Assembly: GCA_963704165.1 (NCBI GenBank)
Contig: CAVPHD010000001.1
Span: forward strand, 1-64,000
Direction of reading: 5' to 3'
Length of the DNA: 64,000 nucleotides
Source of the DNA: an uncultured delta proteobacterium
GTDB lineage: Bacteria > Myxococcota_A > UBA9160 > SZUA-336
Made by a program: the position numbers and the translations under genes. The notes below the pieces were generated by a model. That model ran no database searches. It had not been told where the DNA came from and was given only the letters and a program-made list of their open reading frames with translations. Below are positions 40,748 through 50,274 of the stretch, in pieces (within the stretch, counting starts at the first letter, position 1; the number at the start of each line of letters is the position of its first letter).

Positions 40748-41423
40748 CTACTGCGGCGCGCTGCCGCTCTGAATCACCTCGTCATCGGGTCGGATCTCGA
40801 CCTCGACGCGGCGATTCTGCTGGCGACCTTCGGCCGTGGAGTTGGTCGCGACCGGCATCTTCGACCCGAATCCGATCGCGGTGATCCGCGAGGACGAGAC
40901 GCCTTCCGACACCAGGAACGTCCGGACGTTGTTCGCGCGCTCCTCGGAGAGCGTCTGGTTGAAGCGGTCGTCGCCCTGCGAATCCGTGTGGCCCTTCACG
41001 ATCAGGCGCTGCTTCGGGTAGTTCTTGAGCGTCTGGGCGAGCGAGCGCAGTCCGGTCGTAGCCACCGGGCAGAAGCGAGGACGAGTTGGTGTCGAACAGG
41101 ATTCCACCCGCGAAGTTCACGACCAGGGAGTCGTCGCGGCGTTCGACATCGGCACCGGGAATCGCGTCGATCTCCTTGGCCTGCTTGTCGAGGTAGTTGC
41201 CGATCAAGCCACCCGCGATCGCGCCCGTCGCAGCACCGATCAACGCACCACCTGCGCGGTGCTTCTTGCCACCGATGGCCGCGCCCGCCGCAGCGCCTGC
41301 GAGGGTTCCGACGACCGCACCTTGCTTGGTCTTCGTGTCGAGCAGTTGACCCTCGGCGCAGCCGAACGTGGCAGACAGACACAGCAAGGCGACAGCGGTC
41401 GTGGTGCTTCGGAGAATGTGCAT
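40748..41423 (-). CDS. OmpA family lipoprotein with glycine zipper (frameshift near 41055)
   Basis: TFGC lipobox, GAVVGTLAGAAAGAAIG..GALIGA, LFDTNS, GHTDSQG..NQTLSEERA and GRQQNRRVEV. Confidence 0.9.
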
Positions 41424-41474
41424 TCGGTCCTTCCTTCTCGTGGTTCGCATGAAGTTCCGCGCAGTGTAGGACGG

Positions 41475-42512
41475 CTATTCGTACGGCGCACGAGGAGCAA
41501 TTGCGCCGTGCCAATGGTCCTGGACCGAGCGCACGGTTTCGACCAGCACCTCGCCGACGCTATTCAGACTCGAAGCGGCGACCGCATCGAGGGAGTCACC
41601 CTCTGTATGCCAGAGGGGTCCGGGCGAGACGCGCGCGCCGAACTGGAAGTCGATCAGCGCGAGCACGTGCTCGACGCCACGACTCGCGAACGGCACATGG
41701 TCGTCGATCACCGTCATCGTCGCCGACCGGTCGATGATCCCGCCGTGACCGAGTCTGTCCGCCGCGCGCGCGAACAGGCCTCGAAGGAGCGGCGATGAGC
41801 CCTGGTCGACGACGAGATTCAGATCCACGTCGCCGACCATGTCCACCAGGATCACGCTGCGGACCCGCTCGAGACTCCCGTCCACCTGCATGCGTTCTGC
41901 GAGTGCCGTGCTTCCGTACAGACCGTCGCGCGAAGTGATGGAGGGTCCGAAGGCTTCTTCGCCATCGGCGAAGATCAGCTCCGTCGTGAGCGGCAGATCC
42001 TGCGCGCCGAGCACACGCGCGAGCTCGAGCAGCACGGCGGTTCCGGACGCGCCGTCGTTCGCGCCGACGAAGGCGATGCCCGGGAGCTCTTTGGTGTCGT
42101 AGTGCGTGATCAAGAGAATCCGCTCGGCGCTCGGGCCGACGCGTCGCGCGATCAGATTGACCATGGCGACCGGCTTCGCCCCCGGCGGATGCGCCTCGAA
42201 TGCGTGCTCCTCCACCACCCAGCCCGCCTGACGCAATCGATCGCGAATCAACGCGCGCGCGCGCGCCGAGCCGGGTGAGCCCGCAGGCCGGGGACCGATG
42301 CGCACGAGCGCTTCGAGGTCCGCGAACGCTCGCGCTCCGTCGAAGCCCGCGCGAGTGTCGGGCACCGATTCGACGACGGAGCGGTCGCCGCACGCGAAGA
42401 GCGTCGCGGCGAGGGCCACCGCTGCGACGCTCGCGCGGAGCCCGGCGCTTCCGCGAAGCTCTGATCCCGACTCGCCAGGCTCCAAGCCCACGAGGATACA
42501 CGGCAGGGACAC
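41475..42512 (-). CDS. M28 family Zn peptidase / glutaminyl cyclase-like lipoprotein (start uncertain)
   Basis: LFAC lipobox; GPRPAGS, THYDTK, GANDGASG, DGEE, DMVGD, DDHVPF and WHT..D motifs. Confidence 0.85.
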   Translation of the reverse strand: MSLPCILVGLEPGESGSELRGSAGLRASVAAVALAATLFACGDRSVVESVPDTRAGFDGARAFADLEALVRIGPRPAGSPGSARARALIRDRLRQAGWVVEEHAFEAHPPGAKPVAMVNLIARRVGPSAERILLITHYDTKELPGIAFVGANDGASGTAVLLELARVLGAQDLPLTTELIFADGEEAFGPSITSRDGLYGSTALAERMQVDGSLERVRSVILVDMVGDVDLNLVVDQGSSPLLRGLFARAADRLGHGGIIDRSATMTVIDDHVPFASRGVEHVLALIDFQFGARVSPGPLWHTEGDSLDAVAASSLNSVGEVLVETVRSVQDHWHGAIAPRAPYE

Positions 42513-42592
42513 GTCGCGGCCCCTCGCGTCACTTCCCGACCGATCGCGCGACCCATACGGAGCACGGTCTCTCGGTCCCGCGCGAGGTCGGC

Positions 42593-44113
42593 ATGCTCCT
42601 GCGCGTCTTCGGTGCGACGCTTCACGTGCTCGATGGTGTCCGGGTGACCGTCGAGGTCGAAGCGGGCGCAGGGTTGCCAGCCTTTCACATCGTCGGCCAG
42701 GCGGACCGGATCGTGAACGAGAGCCGCGATCGGATTCGCGCCGCGTTTCGCCACGCGGGACTCGACTTCCCACCGGGCCGGGTGACCGTGAACCTCGCTC
42801 CGACGGATCTGCCGAAGATCGGGTCGGCGCTCGACCTTCCGATCGCGGTCGCAATCGCGGGAACTCGCGTCGAGCTCCCCGAGGAACGCCTCCGCGAATC
42901 GCTCTTCATGGGCGAGCTCGGGCTCGACGGGGGGCTGCGGCCGGTACGCGGGGTGCTCGCGATGCTCGGTGCCGCCGAGGGCAGCGAGATCCGCGACGTG
43001 ATCGTGCCGAGCGGGAATCTGAACGAAGCGTCGCTCTGCCCCGGGATCACGCCCTCGGCGCGGGCGATCTCGAATCGGTGCTGCGCTGGCTCCGCGACGG
43101 CGCTGCGCTCGAAGCGCCGAACGCGCCCGTGCGGTCCGCGGAACGTGCGGACGCGGGTCCCGATCTCGCCGACGTACACGGCCAGGAGGGCGCGAAGCGC
43201 GCGCTCGAGGTCGCCGCGGCCGGTGCGTCACAACTTGCTTCTGGTCGGGCCGCCCGGCAGCGGGAAGACGCTCCTCGCGCGTCGATTGCCGGGAATCCTG
43301 CCCGCGCTCGAGACCGAAGCCGCACTCGAGGCGACGCGCATCCACAGCGCGGCTGGCACGCTCGGCCACGCGGGCCTGATCGATCGGCCGCCCTTTCGCG
43401 CGCCGCACCACAGCACGTCCGATGCGGGCATGGCCGGCGGCGGACGGCCGCTCCGGCCGGGTGAGATCTCGCTCGCGCACCGCGGCGTGCTCTTCCTCGA
43501 CGAGCTTCCCGAGTTCCGCAGGCCGGTACTCGAAGCCCTGCGTCAGCCTCTCGAAGAGGGCGAGATCCGAATTGCCCGCTCGCACGCGAGTGCGCGCATG
43601 CCGGCTCGCTTCCAGCTCGTCGCGGCGATGAACCCGTGTCCGTGCGGATGGAGCGGCTCGCCGGCGCGCGAGTGCCGCTGTCTCGAGCCCGAGATCGCGC
43701 GCTACCGCTCGAAGGTCTCGGGGCCATTGCTCGACCGCATCGACCTGCACGTCGCGGTCGCGGCCGTTCCGTGGAAGGACATGCTGCGCGAGAGACGCAG
43801 CGGCGAAACGTCCGATCAGGTCCTCGCGCGCGTCGTGGCAGCGCGCGGTCGCCAGCTCGAGCGGTATCGGTGCGAGTCCTGGGCCACGAACTCGGAACTT
43901 CCCGCCGCTGCACTTCCTCGCCACTGCGCGCTCCGCCACGACGCGCGCCCACTTCTGGAGCGTGCCGTGACGGCGCTCGGGCTCTCGATGCGCGCGGTCG
44001 TGCGCTGTCTGCGCGTGGCGCGCACGATCGCGGACCTGGCGGGCGCAGACGCGATCGACGTCGTGCACGTCGCGGAGGCGATCACCTATCGGGACGCTTC
44101 GCGAGCGAGGTAG
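42593..44113 (+). CDS. comM: YifB/ComM family Mg-chelatase-like AAA+ ATPase (compensating frameshifts about 43055-43225)
   Basis: TVNLAP.DLPK.G..DLPIA, GELGLDG, DVHGQ..AKRALEVAAAG, GPPGSGKT, PFRAPHH, GEISLAHRGVLFLDE, MNPCPCG and SGPLLDRID. Confidence 0.92.
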   Translation: MLLRVFGATLHVLDGVRVTVEVEAGAGLPAFHIVGQADRIVNESRDRIRAAFRHAGLDFPPGRVTVNLAPTDLPKIGSALDLPIAVAIAGTRVELPEERLRESLFMGELGLDGGLRPVRGVLAMLGAAEGSEIRDVIVPSGNLNEASLCPGITPSARAISNRCCAGSATALRSKRRTRPCGPRNVRTRVPISPTYTARRARSARSRSPRPVRHNLLLVGPPGSGKTLLARRLPGILPALETEAALEATRIHSAAGTLGHAGLIDRPPFRAPHHSTSDAGMAGGGRPLRPGEISLAHRGVLFLDELPEFRRPVLEALRQPLEEGEIRIARSHASARMPARFQLVAAMNPCPCGWSGSPARECRCLEPEIARYRSKVSGPLLDRIDLHVAVAAVPWKDMLRERRSGETSDQVLARVVAARGRQLERYRCESWATNSELPAAALPRHCALRHDARPLLERAVTALGLSMRAVVRCLRVARTIADLAGADAIDVVHVAEAITYRDASRAR

Positions 44114-44138
44114 TCGCGAGTCGAAGCGCGCGAACCGA

Positions 44139-44648
44139 TCAGGGCTTGTAGCGGACCACGACACGCGAGCCATCGGCATGACCGGACTCGAAGCGCGGCT
44201 TCCACTTGTCCCATTCGTTCGGGTACTTGACGGCGAAGGCCGCGAGCAGTCGATCGAAGACCGCTCGATCGCTGTCGATGCTCGCATGTGCGACGAGGTT
44301 GGGCGCGGTCGCGACCTTCTCGGGTGCCTTCACATACGGCCCGAAGTCGCCGACCCAGATGCGCGCGCGATCCCGACCCGAAGCGATCGCACGCGCCTTC
44401 CAGGTCTTGGTGGCGGTCGCGATCACGACGTCGCCACCGTCGACGAAGAACCAGACCTCTCCGTGGCAGCGGCTCTCGCCTCCGTCCTTCGTGAGCGGCG
44501 AGATGTACGCGAGCGGGCTCCTCTTCGCGACGTCGAGCCAGCTGGCCGGAGCCTGCGCGTGAGCCATTCGTGGCCAGAGCGCCGTCGCACCCAGCGCGCA
44601 CGCTCCGGTGACGAGAAGCTCGCGGCGCGTGAGTTCCAGTTCCGACAT
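44139..44648 (-). CDS. Tat-exported hypothetical protein, possibly a PNPOx-like split barrel
   Basis: TRRELL twin-arginine signal ending AHA; EVWFF, WKARAI and KYP..W pattern. GGAGG RBS. Confidence 0.7.
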   Translation of the reverse strand: MSELELTRRELLVTGACALGATALWPRMAHAQAPASWLDVAKRSPLAYISPLTKDGGESRCHGEVWFFVDGGDVVIATATKTWKARAIASGRDRARIWVGDFGPYVKAPEKVATAPNLVAHASIDSDRAVFDRLLAAFAVKYPNEWDKWKPRFESGHADGSRVVVRYKP

Positions 44649-44689
44649 CGAGAGATTCCTCCGGGTTGTAGACGCGAGCGGGCGACGAC

Positions 44690-45299
44690 TCAGCTGCTGG
44701 TTCCTCGATTCCGCGTCCGGCGACCGGTTCGCTCCGCGACCAGGACCAGAGAGCGCGGCGGGGGCGGCTCGGACGGGGTGTCCGAAGCGGTCTGCGGCTC
44801 CGCGGCATCGACGAGTCGCAGGCCGGAGGTGCGCAATGCAGCGAGCAGCGCCGGAAGATTCGCGAGGGCCGGATGGGGTGTCGCGGAGTCCGACGGCGTC
44901 CGCCACGGGTGCGTGATCGCGAGCACGACACGCCCTCTCGGGTGGAGCAGCTTGCCCACCACCCGCAGGGCCGCCTCCGGATCCTTGCTGTCGTCGATGC
45001 AGTACGCCGCCGTGATGACATCGAACGGTCCACGCAGCGGCGCGGCCGGCTCGAGCAGATCGCGCGCGGTTTCGACGAGCGCCCCCTCCTGGGCGAGGCA
45101 GTCCGCGAGCGGACTCGATTCGGCTCCGACGTCGAGCACGCGGCAGCCGCGCACGCGGCCCGCGAGCTCGACCACGATCTGCAGCACGCGCTGGCGCTCG
45201 CTCGGCATCGCCTCGCGAAGCTCTGCCGTCTCGCGCAAACGCGCGGTCACGTGGCTCCAGGAATCCTCCAACCGGGTGCCGTGTCCGCCGTCGAGTCAT
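44690..45299 (-). CDS. class I SAM-dependent methyltransferase-like protein (start uncertain, probable 5' frameshift)
   Basis: RVLDVGA, GPFDVI, LLHPRGRVV and HPW motifs. The glycine-rich motif I is only partly conserved. Confidence 0.65.
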
Positions 45300-45329
45300 C
45301 GCCTTCGCGAAGATAGCCAGACCGTCCGC

Positions 45330-45752
45330 TCACGTCTCGTCGGCGAGCTCCATCTCGACCATGCGCACTTCGACGTCTTCGCGCGAATGCACGGCGCCGC
45401 GACCGATCCCCTCGCAGAGCTTTCGGGCCGCATCGGTCCAACCCTTCGCATCGACCAGATCGCGCCAGAAGGGAAACGTCCGGCACTGCACCGGGCGTGC
45501 ACCGTAGACGGTGCAGCGCTTCGTGCCGGGTTCGAGGAAGACGCACGATTCGCTCTCGAAGCGAAGCTGCGTCCAGCCGAGGTCGTCCTTGAACGTGTAG
45601 CGGTGCCGGAACTCCGCGACGCCGAGTCCGAGCTCGTCGGCGAGCACGCGCACTTCGTCCGCGTTGAGGTAGACGTAGGCGTACTCGTCCCGCGCCGTGC
45701 AGCATTCGCCGCATTGCGTGCACTCGAAGCGCAGACCGGCTCGGGCGGTCAC
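45330..45752 (-). CDS. YkgJ family cysteine cluster protein
   Basis: FECTQCGECC, CVFL, CTVYGARPVQCRTFPFW and CEGIG motifs. Confidence 0.9.
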   Translation of the reverse strand: MTARAGLRFECTQCGECCTARDEYAYVYLNADEVRVLADELGLGVAEFRHRYTFKDDLGWTQLRFESESCVFLEPGTKRCTVYGARPVQCRTFPFWRDLVDAKGWTDAARKLCEGIGRGAVHSREDVEVRMVEMELADET

Positions 45753-46763
45753 AGGCCAAGCTCTCGCATGACCGCGAGCGCCGCGTCGATCTCGGCCGCC
45801 CCGACATCCAAGTGTGTCACCGCGCGAAGCGCATCGCTCGCGACCGGATTCACGAGCACGCCGCGCGCGCGCAGCGCCGAGCTCCACGCGCCGGCACCCG
45901 CGCGCCGGAAGATCACGATGTTCGACTCGGGGGCCTCCGGCACGACGACGCCCGGAACCTCCGCGAGACCGGCAGCGAGCCGCCGCGCGTGCGCATGGTC
46001 GACCTCGAGCTTCTTTCGATTCTGCTCGAGCGCGAAGATGCCCGCGGCGGCGAGAATCCCCGCCTGGCGCATGCCACCCCCCTGTTGCTTGCGGAAGCGG
46101 TGGGCGCGCGCGATCAGCGCGCGTGATCCCGCGAGGAGCGAGCCGACCGGCGCACCGAGGCCCTTCGAGAGGCAGACGCTGACCGTGTCGAACGGCTCGG
46201 CCCAGCGCGCGGCCGGAATTCCGGTCGCGGCCTCGGCATTGAAGAGCCGAGCGCCGTCCATGTGCATGCGCAGGCCCAGCTCCCGCGCGGCATCGGTGAC
46301 CTGCCGAAGTCGTTCGAACGGGAATACGCGGCCCGCCGGAGCGGTTGTGCGTGTTCTCGACGAGCAGCACGCGCGTTCGGGCGAAATGATCGTCGGCGGG
46401 GTACACCGCAGCGCGTAGATCCTCGGGGCCGAACGCGCCGCCCACGCCGATCTCGACCAGCTGCACGCCCGCGAGCGCGGCCGCCCCGGCGGATTCGTAC
46501 AGGACCATGTGCGCGTCGCGCGCGGCGATCGCGGCGTCGCCCGATTCGCTGAGCGCACGCAACGCGATCTGATTCGCCATCGTGCCCGACGGCAAGAGCA
46601 GCGCCGCCTCCTTGCCGAGCAGCGTGGCCGCGAGCGCTTGGAGTCGATTGACGGTCGGATCCTCTCCGTAGACGTCGTCGCCGACCTCCGCCCGCGCCAT
46701 CGCTTCGCGCATCGCCGCGCTCGGCTTCGTGACGGTGTCGCTGCGCAGATCGATCGGATTCAC
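45749..46763 (-). CDS. ltaE: low-specificity L-threonine aldolase (frameshift near 46332)
   Basis: IDLRSDTVTKP, VGDDVYGEDPT, PSGTMAN, ENTHN, HMDGARLFNA, PLP-Lys CLSKGLGAPVG and GGGMRQAG. Confidence 0.93.
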
Positions 46764-47654
46764 GGCGCGGAGTATAGCTTCGGTTGCGCAGGTGGATTGC
46801 GCAGCTCGAGCACGCGCGCTTCGCCGTCGAGCCGCAGCTCCGATCGGCCCGACGGGAACTCGACCCGAATCGCCTCGCTCGCGCGCGACTCGTAGATGCC
46901 GTAGCGAATGGCGCAGCTCCCCGAGCGCAGCAGCTGCCCAGACCGCGCGAGGTTCGAGAGCCGCATCGGGACAGACCGTCTGCACGCCCCGGAACATCTG
47001 CAGGTACGGGTCGAGCTGCCAGCCGAAAATCGACACGTTGTTGTGGGCGTCGGCGCCCGCGAATCCGACGACGCGCCGTCCCGACGCCAGGAGCTCGTCC
47101 CACGCCTCGAGCTCGCGCGTCGGTCGGACCCAGAGGTCCTCGAGCTGCGCCTGTCGCGCGAAGCCGAAGCGAAGCACTCGAAACGGCAGAAGCGGACCGT
47201 AGAGCCGCGTGAAGTCGGACGCGTTGTTCTGCACCTCGAGGCCGTCGAAATCGGCGGCCCAGTCGCGCCAGCCTCCGTGCGAGAACGGGTGCGAGATCAC
47301 CGCGAATCCCCCCTGCTCGCGGATCCCGGCGATCACCTCGCGCCCCGGACGGCCGATCGCCGGCACGCTGCGCTCGATCTCGAGCCCGAGCAGGTGTCCA
47401 TCACGCGACGCGAATTCGGCGCCGACCAGCACGAGAATCCGCCGGCCATTCGGGGCGATCTGCAGCCCGGCGTGCTCGATGCCCGGCAGCGGCCCGGAGA
47501 CGTCGTCGTCCACGTGGTCGGTCAGCACGACGAAGTCGAGTCCGGCCTCGCCGGCCGCCTCGAGCACGGCTTCGAACGGGGCGTCGCTGTCGTGTGACGG
47601 TGCGTGGTGCACGTGGATGACGCCGACGAGCACCGCGAGCGCGAGCGCCTTCAC
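46760..47654 (-). CDS. PHP-domain (CehA/McbA-like) metallohydrolase (frameshift near 46940)
   Basis: IHVHH..SHD, LTDH, GAEF, GHLL, SHP, LEVQN and GADAH metal-ligand motifs. Confidence 0.8.
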
Positions 47655-47667
47655 GAGGGCCGCTCGC

Positions 47668-47985
47668 TCAGCTCTTCGCGTTCATGCGCGCGGCGACCGC
47701 CGATGCCTCCTCGGCCTCGGGAATGCGGCCCTGGCGCTGGAGGAAGCGCGACAGGCTGGTGTGAAAGAGCGATTCGTCCGGGTCGCACTCGATTGCCTTT
47801 CGGATCGTTGCGACCGCATCGTCCATTCGGTTCAGCCGACTGTAGACCTCGGCGAGGCCCTGGTACGCGAGACCGAACCGCGGGTCGCGCTCGATCACAC
47901 GCCCGTAGGCCGCGACCGCCGCGTCGTAGTCACCCTTCACGAAGGCATCGAAGGCCTGCTGATACATCGCGCGAAGCTCGGACAT
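47668..47985 (-). CDS. tetratricopeptide repeat protein
   Basis: 105 aa of TPR-like helices (GDYDAAVAAY..DP..AY..LA..Y). GGAGG RBS. Confidence 0.8.
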   Translation of the reverse strand: MSELRAMYQQAFDAFVKGDYDAAVAAYGRVIERDPRFGLAYQGLAEVYSRLNRMDDAVATIRKAIECDPDESLFHTSLSRFLQRQGRIPEAEEASAVAARMNAKS

Positions 47986-48028
47986 CCGCACCTCCGTGTG
48001 CGAGTCTAGCAAGTCGATGAAGACCGGC

Positions 48029-49048
48029 ATGAAGACGCTCGCGATCACGGAGCTGCTCGGCGACGGAATCGGACCCGAGCTGCGCGAGTCGATCCACACG
48101 GTGGCGCACAAGCTGCCGATCGAGTTCGCGTTCGAGTCCATCGACCTCTCTCTCGAACGGCGAGCGAGCGAGGCGGGAGCCGCCTACGACGAGATCGTCA
48201 CATCGCTCGGGCGGACCAAGCTCGGGTTGAAGTACCCGACGGTGACGTCGGGGACGAGTCCGAATGCGGCGCTTCGATCGCGGCTCGGACTCTCGGTGAT
48301 TCACCGTCCCGTGCACTCGATTCCAGGCATCGCCTCGATCTTCAAAGAGAACGTCGCGCTCGACATCGTCCGAGTGGCGACCGGCGGCACCTACGACGAC
48401 CCGGGGCAGCGGATCGGGCAGGACGTCGCGGTGTCGCTGCGCATCATCGAACGGCGGCCGTGCACCGAAGCCGCCCGCTTCGCGTTCGGCTTCGCGCGGC
48501 AGCGCGGCCTCTCCGTGACGTCGTCGTCGAAGCACACCATTCAGCGCGCGACCGACGGCTTCTTCGAGGCGATCGTTCGCGAGGTGGCCGCGGAGTTCCC
48601 CGAAGTGCCCCATCGCGTCGAGCTCTTCGACGCGTTGCTCGCGAAGATCTGCCTGCGTCCGCGCGACTTCTCGGTGGTGCTGACGTTGAACGAGTACGGT
48701 GATTTCCTCTCGGACATGGCGTGTGGACTGATCGGTAGCATGGGCCTGGGGGCGAGCGGGAACTACTCGTTCGCGAAGTCGGGCGAGATCGACGTCGCGA
48801 TCTTCGACCCGGCCGGCGGCACCGCACCCGACATCGCCGGCCGCGGCGTCTGCAATCCGACCGCGGCCCTGCTCGCGTTCGCGCTCCTGCTCGAACACGC
48901 GCAGCACGGCCCGATCGCGGGCGCCCTGCGCGGCGCGGTTTTCTCCACGATCGCCAGCGGCGAGACCACGTGCGACATCGGTGGATCGCTCAGGACGGCC
49001 GATTTCACCGCGCGTGTCTGTGACGCGTTCGCCGTCGCGACTGGCTGA
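48029..49048 (+). CDS. isocitrate/isopropylmalate dehydrogenase family protein
   Basis: GDGIGPE, SPNAALR, HRPV, IVR, GTY, SKH, YGDFLSD and GTAPDIAG..NPTA motifs. Confidence 0.88.
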   Translation: MKTLAITELLGDGIGPELRESIHTVAHKLPIEFAFESIDLSLERRASEAGAAYDEIVTSLGRTKLGLKYPTVTSGTSPNAALRSRLGLSVIHRPVHSIPGIASIFKENVALDIVRVATGGTYDDPGQRIGQDVAVSLRIIERRPCTEAARFAFGFARQRGLSVTSSSKHTIQRATDGFFEAIVREVAAEFPEVPHRVELFDALLAKICLRPRDFSVVLTLNEYGDFLSDMACGLIGSMGLGASGNYSFAKSGEIDVAIFDPAGGTAPDIAGRGVCNPTAALLAFALLLEHAQHGPIAGALRGAVFSTIASGETTCDIGGSLRTADFTARVCDAFAVATG

Positions 49049-49058
49049 GGCCCGGCGC

Positions 49059-50018
49059 GTGCAGATCCGCGAGATGCGGGCCGGCGACCGCGAAGCGGTG
49101 CTCGACCTGCTCGAGCACGCGTTCGCACTCCGCGGGCTCTTCGAGGGCCACATGGACTTCGATCCGACCTTCTCGCACGCGAACATCCTGCTCGCGCTGG
49201 AATCCGGCCGACCGGTCTCGTGCGTGCAGATCTTCGAGAAGCCGATTCTGTTGCGGCGCGAACGCGTCACGCTCGGCGGGATCGGCAGCGTCGCGACCCA
49301 TACGTCCGCGCGCGGGAGAGGTCTCGCATCGGAGCTCCTGCGCGAGGCGATCTCGCGCATGCGCGCGCGGGGCATGGCGCTCTCGCTGCTCTTCGCGAGC
49401 CGATTCGGATTCTACGAACGGCTCGGCTGGCAGCAGATCTCGCTGCGCCTCTTCAAGATCGCGCCACCCGAGAGCGGGGCGGATCCGGACGACGGCACGA
49501 CGCTGCGCGCGTTCCGCCCCGACGATCTCCCGCGCGTCGCGGAGCTCTACGCCACCTACACCGAGCCGCTGTCGGGGCCTACCGTGCGAGATGCGAGCTA
49601 CTGGGCAGGACAGCTGCGCACGGCGGGGACTCCGGAAGAGGATTTCCGCGTCGCCGAACGCGACGGCGAGATCGTCGCGTACGCGCGCGCGGCGTCCTTC
49701 GGCGGGCGCCTGCGGGCGATCGAATACGCGCGTGGCGACGACGGCGCCAGGGCGCTCGCACACTTGCTGGCCGCCCTCGCACCGCAGGGTCGCAACTTCC
49801 CGGTGCCACTCGTTCGCGATCCCGAGCTCGGAGAGGCCCTGCGCGCGCTCGGACTGACGATCTCGCCCGGCGAGGATCCGTCGGCGATGTGGCGAGTGCT
49901 CGACCGGACCGTGCTCGCGCGGATCGCTGGTGCGTCCGAAGGCACACCCGACCGCGTGCTGCTCGAGGCCCTCGTCGGCGGACCGCTCGTCACCTACTGG
50001 CCTTCCGATCGCTTCTGA
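49059..50018 (+). CDS. Eis-like double GNAT N-acetyltransferase
   Basis: GGIGSVATHTSARGRGLASELL and SLLFA..FYERLGW, a second GNAT-like half, and a C-terminal DRF. Confidence 0.85.
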   Translation: MQIREMRAGDREAVLDLLEHAFALRGLFEGHMDFDPTFSHANILLALESGRPVSCVQIFEKPILLRRERVTLGGIGSVATHTSARGRGLASELLREAISRMRARGMALSLLFASRFGFYERLGWQQISLRLFKIAPPESGADPDDGTTLRAFRPDDLPRVAELYATYTEPLSGPTVRDASYWAGQLRTAGTPEEDFRVAERDGEIVAYARAASFGGRLRAIEYARGDDGARALAHLLAALAPQGRNFPVPLVRDPELGEALRALGLTISPGEDPSAMWRVLDRTVLARIAGASEGTPDRVLLEALVGGPLVTYWPSDRF

Positions 50019-50026
50019 GCTTTGCC

Positions 50027-50055
50027 TTGACGCGTGCGACGCACGCCCGTAACGT
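50027..50055 (+). promoter_or_regulatory. sigma70-type promoter of the leu leader/leuA
   Basis: TTGACG-N17-TAACGT, 9 nt before the leader GTG. Confidence 0.65.
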
Positions 50056-50064
50056 CGGCGCATC

Positions 50065-50145
50065 GTGATTCACCGGACCCACACCGCGCTGCTTCTTCTC
50101 GGCCTTACCAGGGCGGGCGGGGTCCACCTGGTGCTCAGAGGCTGA
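50065..50145 (+). CDS. leucine attenuator leader peptide (26 aa, MIHRTHTALLLLGLTRAGGVHLVLRG)
   Basis: Four tandem Leu codons CTG-CTT-CTT-CTC plus a further CTT, lying upstream of antiterminator/terminator hairpins and leuA. Confidence 0.82.
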   Translation: MIHRTHTALLLLGLTRAGGVHLVLRG

Positions 50146-50171
50146 GCGCCAGGACAGTCGCAAGAAATCGG

Positions 50172-50208
50172 ACCTCTCCCGCCGAACCGGCCGGAGGGGT
50201 TTCTTTTT
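50172..50208 (+). terminator. attenuator (Rho-independent terminator) upstream of leuA
   Basis: Stem ACCTCTCC.GCCG / CGGC.GGAGGGGT followed by TTTCTTTTT. The left arm can instead pair with 50112-50125 (antiterminator). Confidence 0.85.
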
Positions 50209-50274
50209 GTCCGCGGGATGTTCCCGCGACCTCCTCCGGCCGCTCGGCGGCCGAGACGTTCCGAGGAGGTCAGC

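Noticed and set aside
45330..47654. 774-aa ORF suggesting a PHP-LtaE-YkgJ fusion
   Set aside because: Two frameshifts join three separate genes, each of which has its own GTGA-overlapping start/stop.
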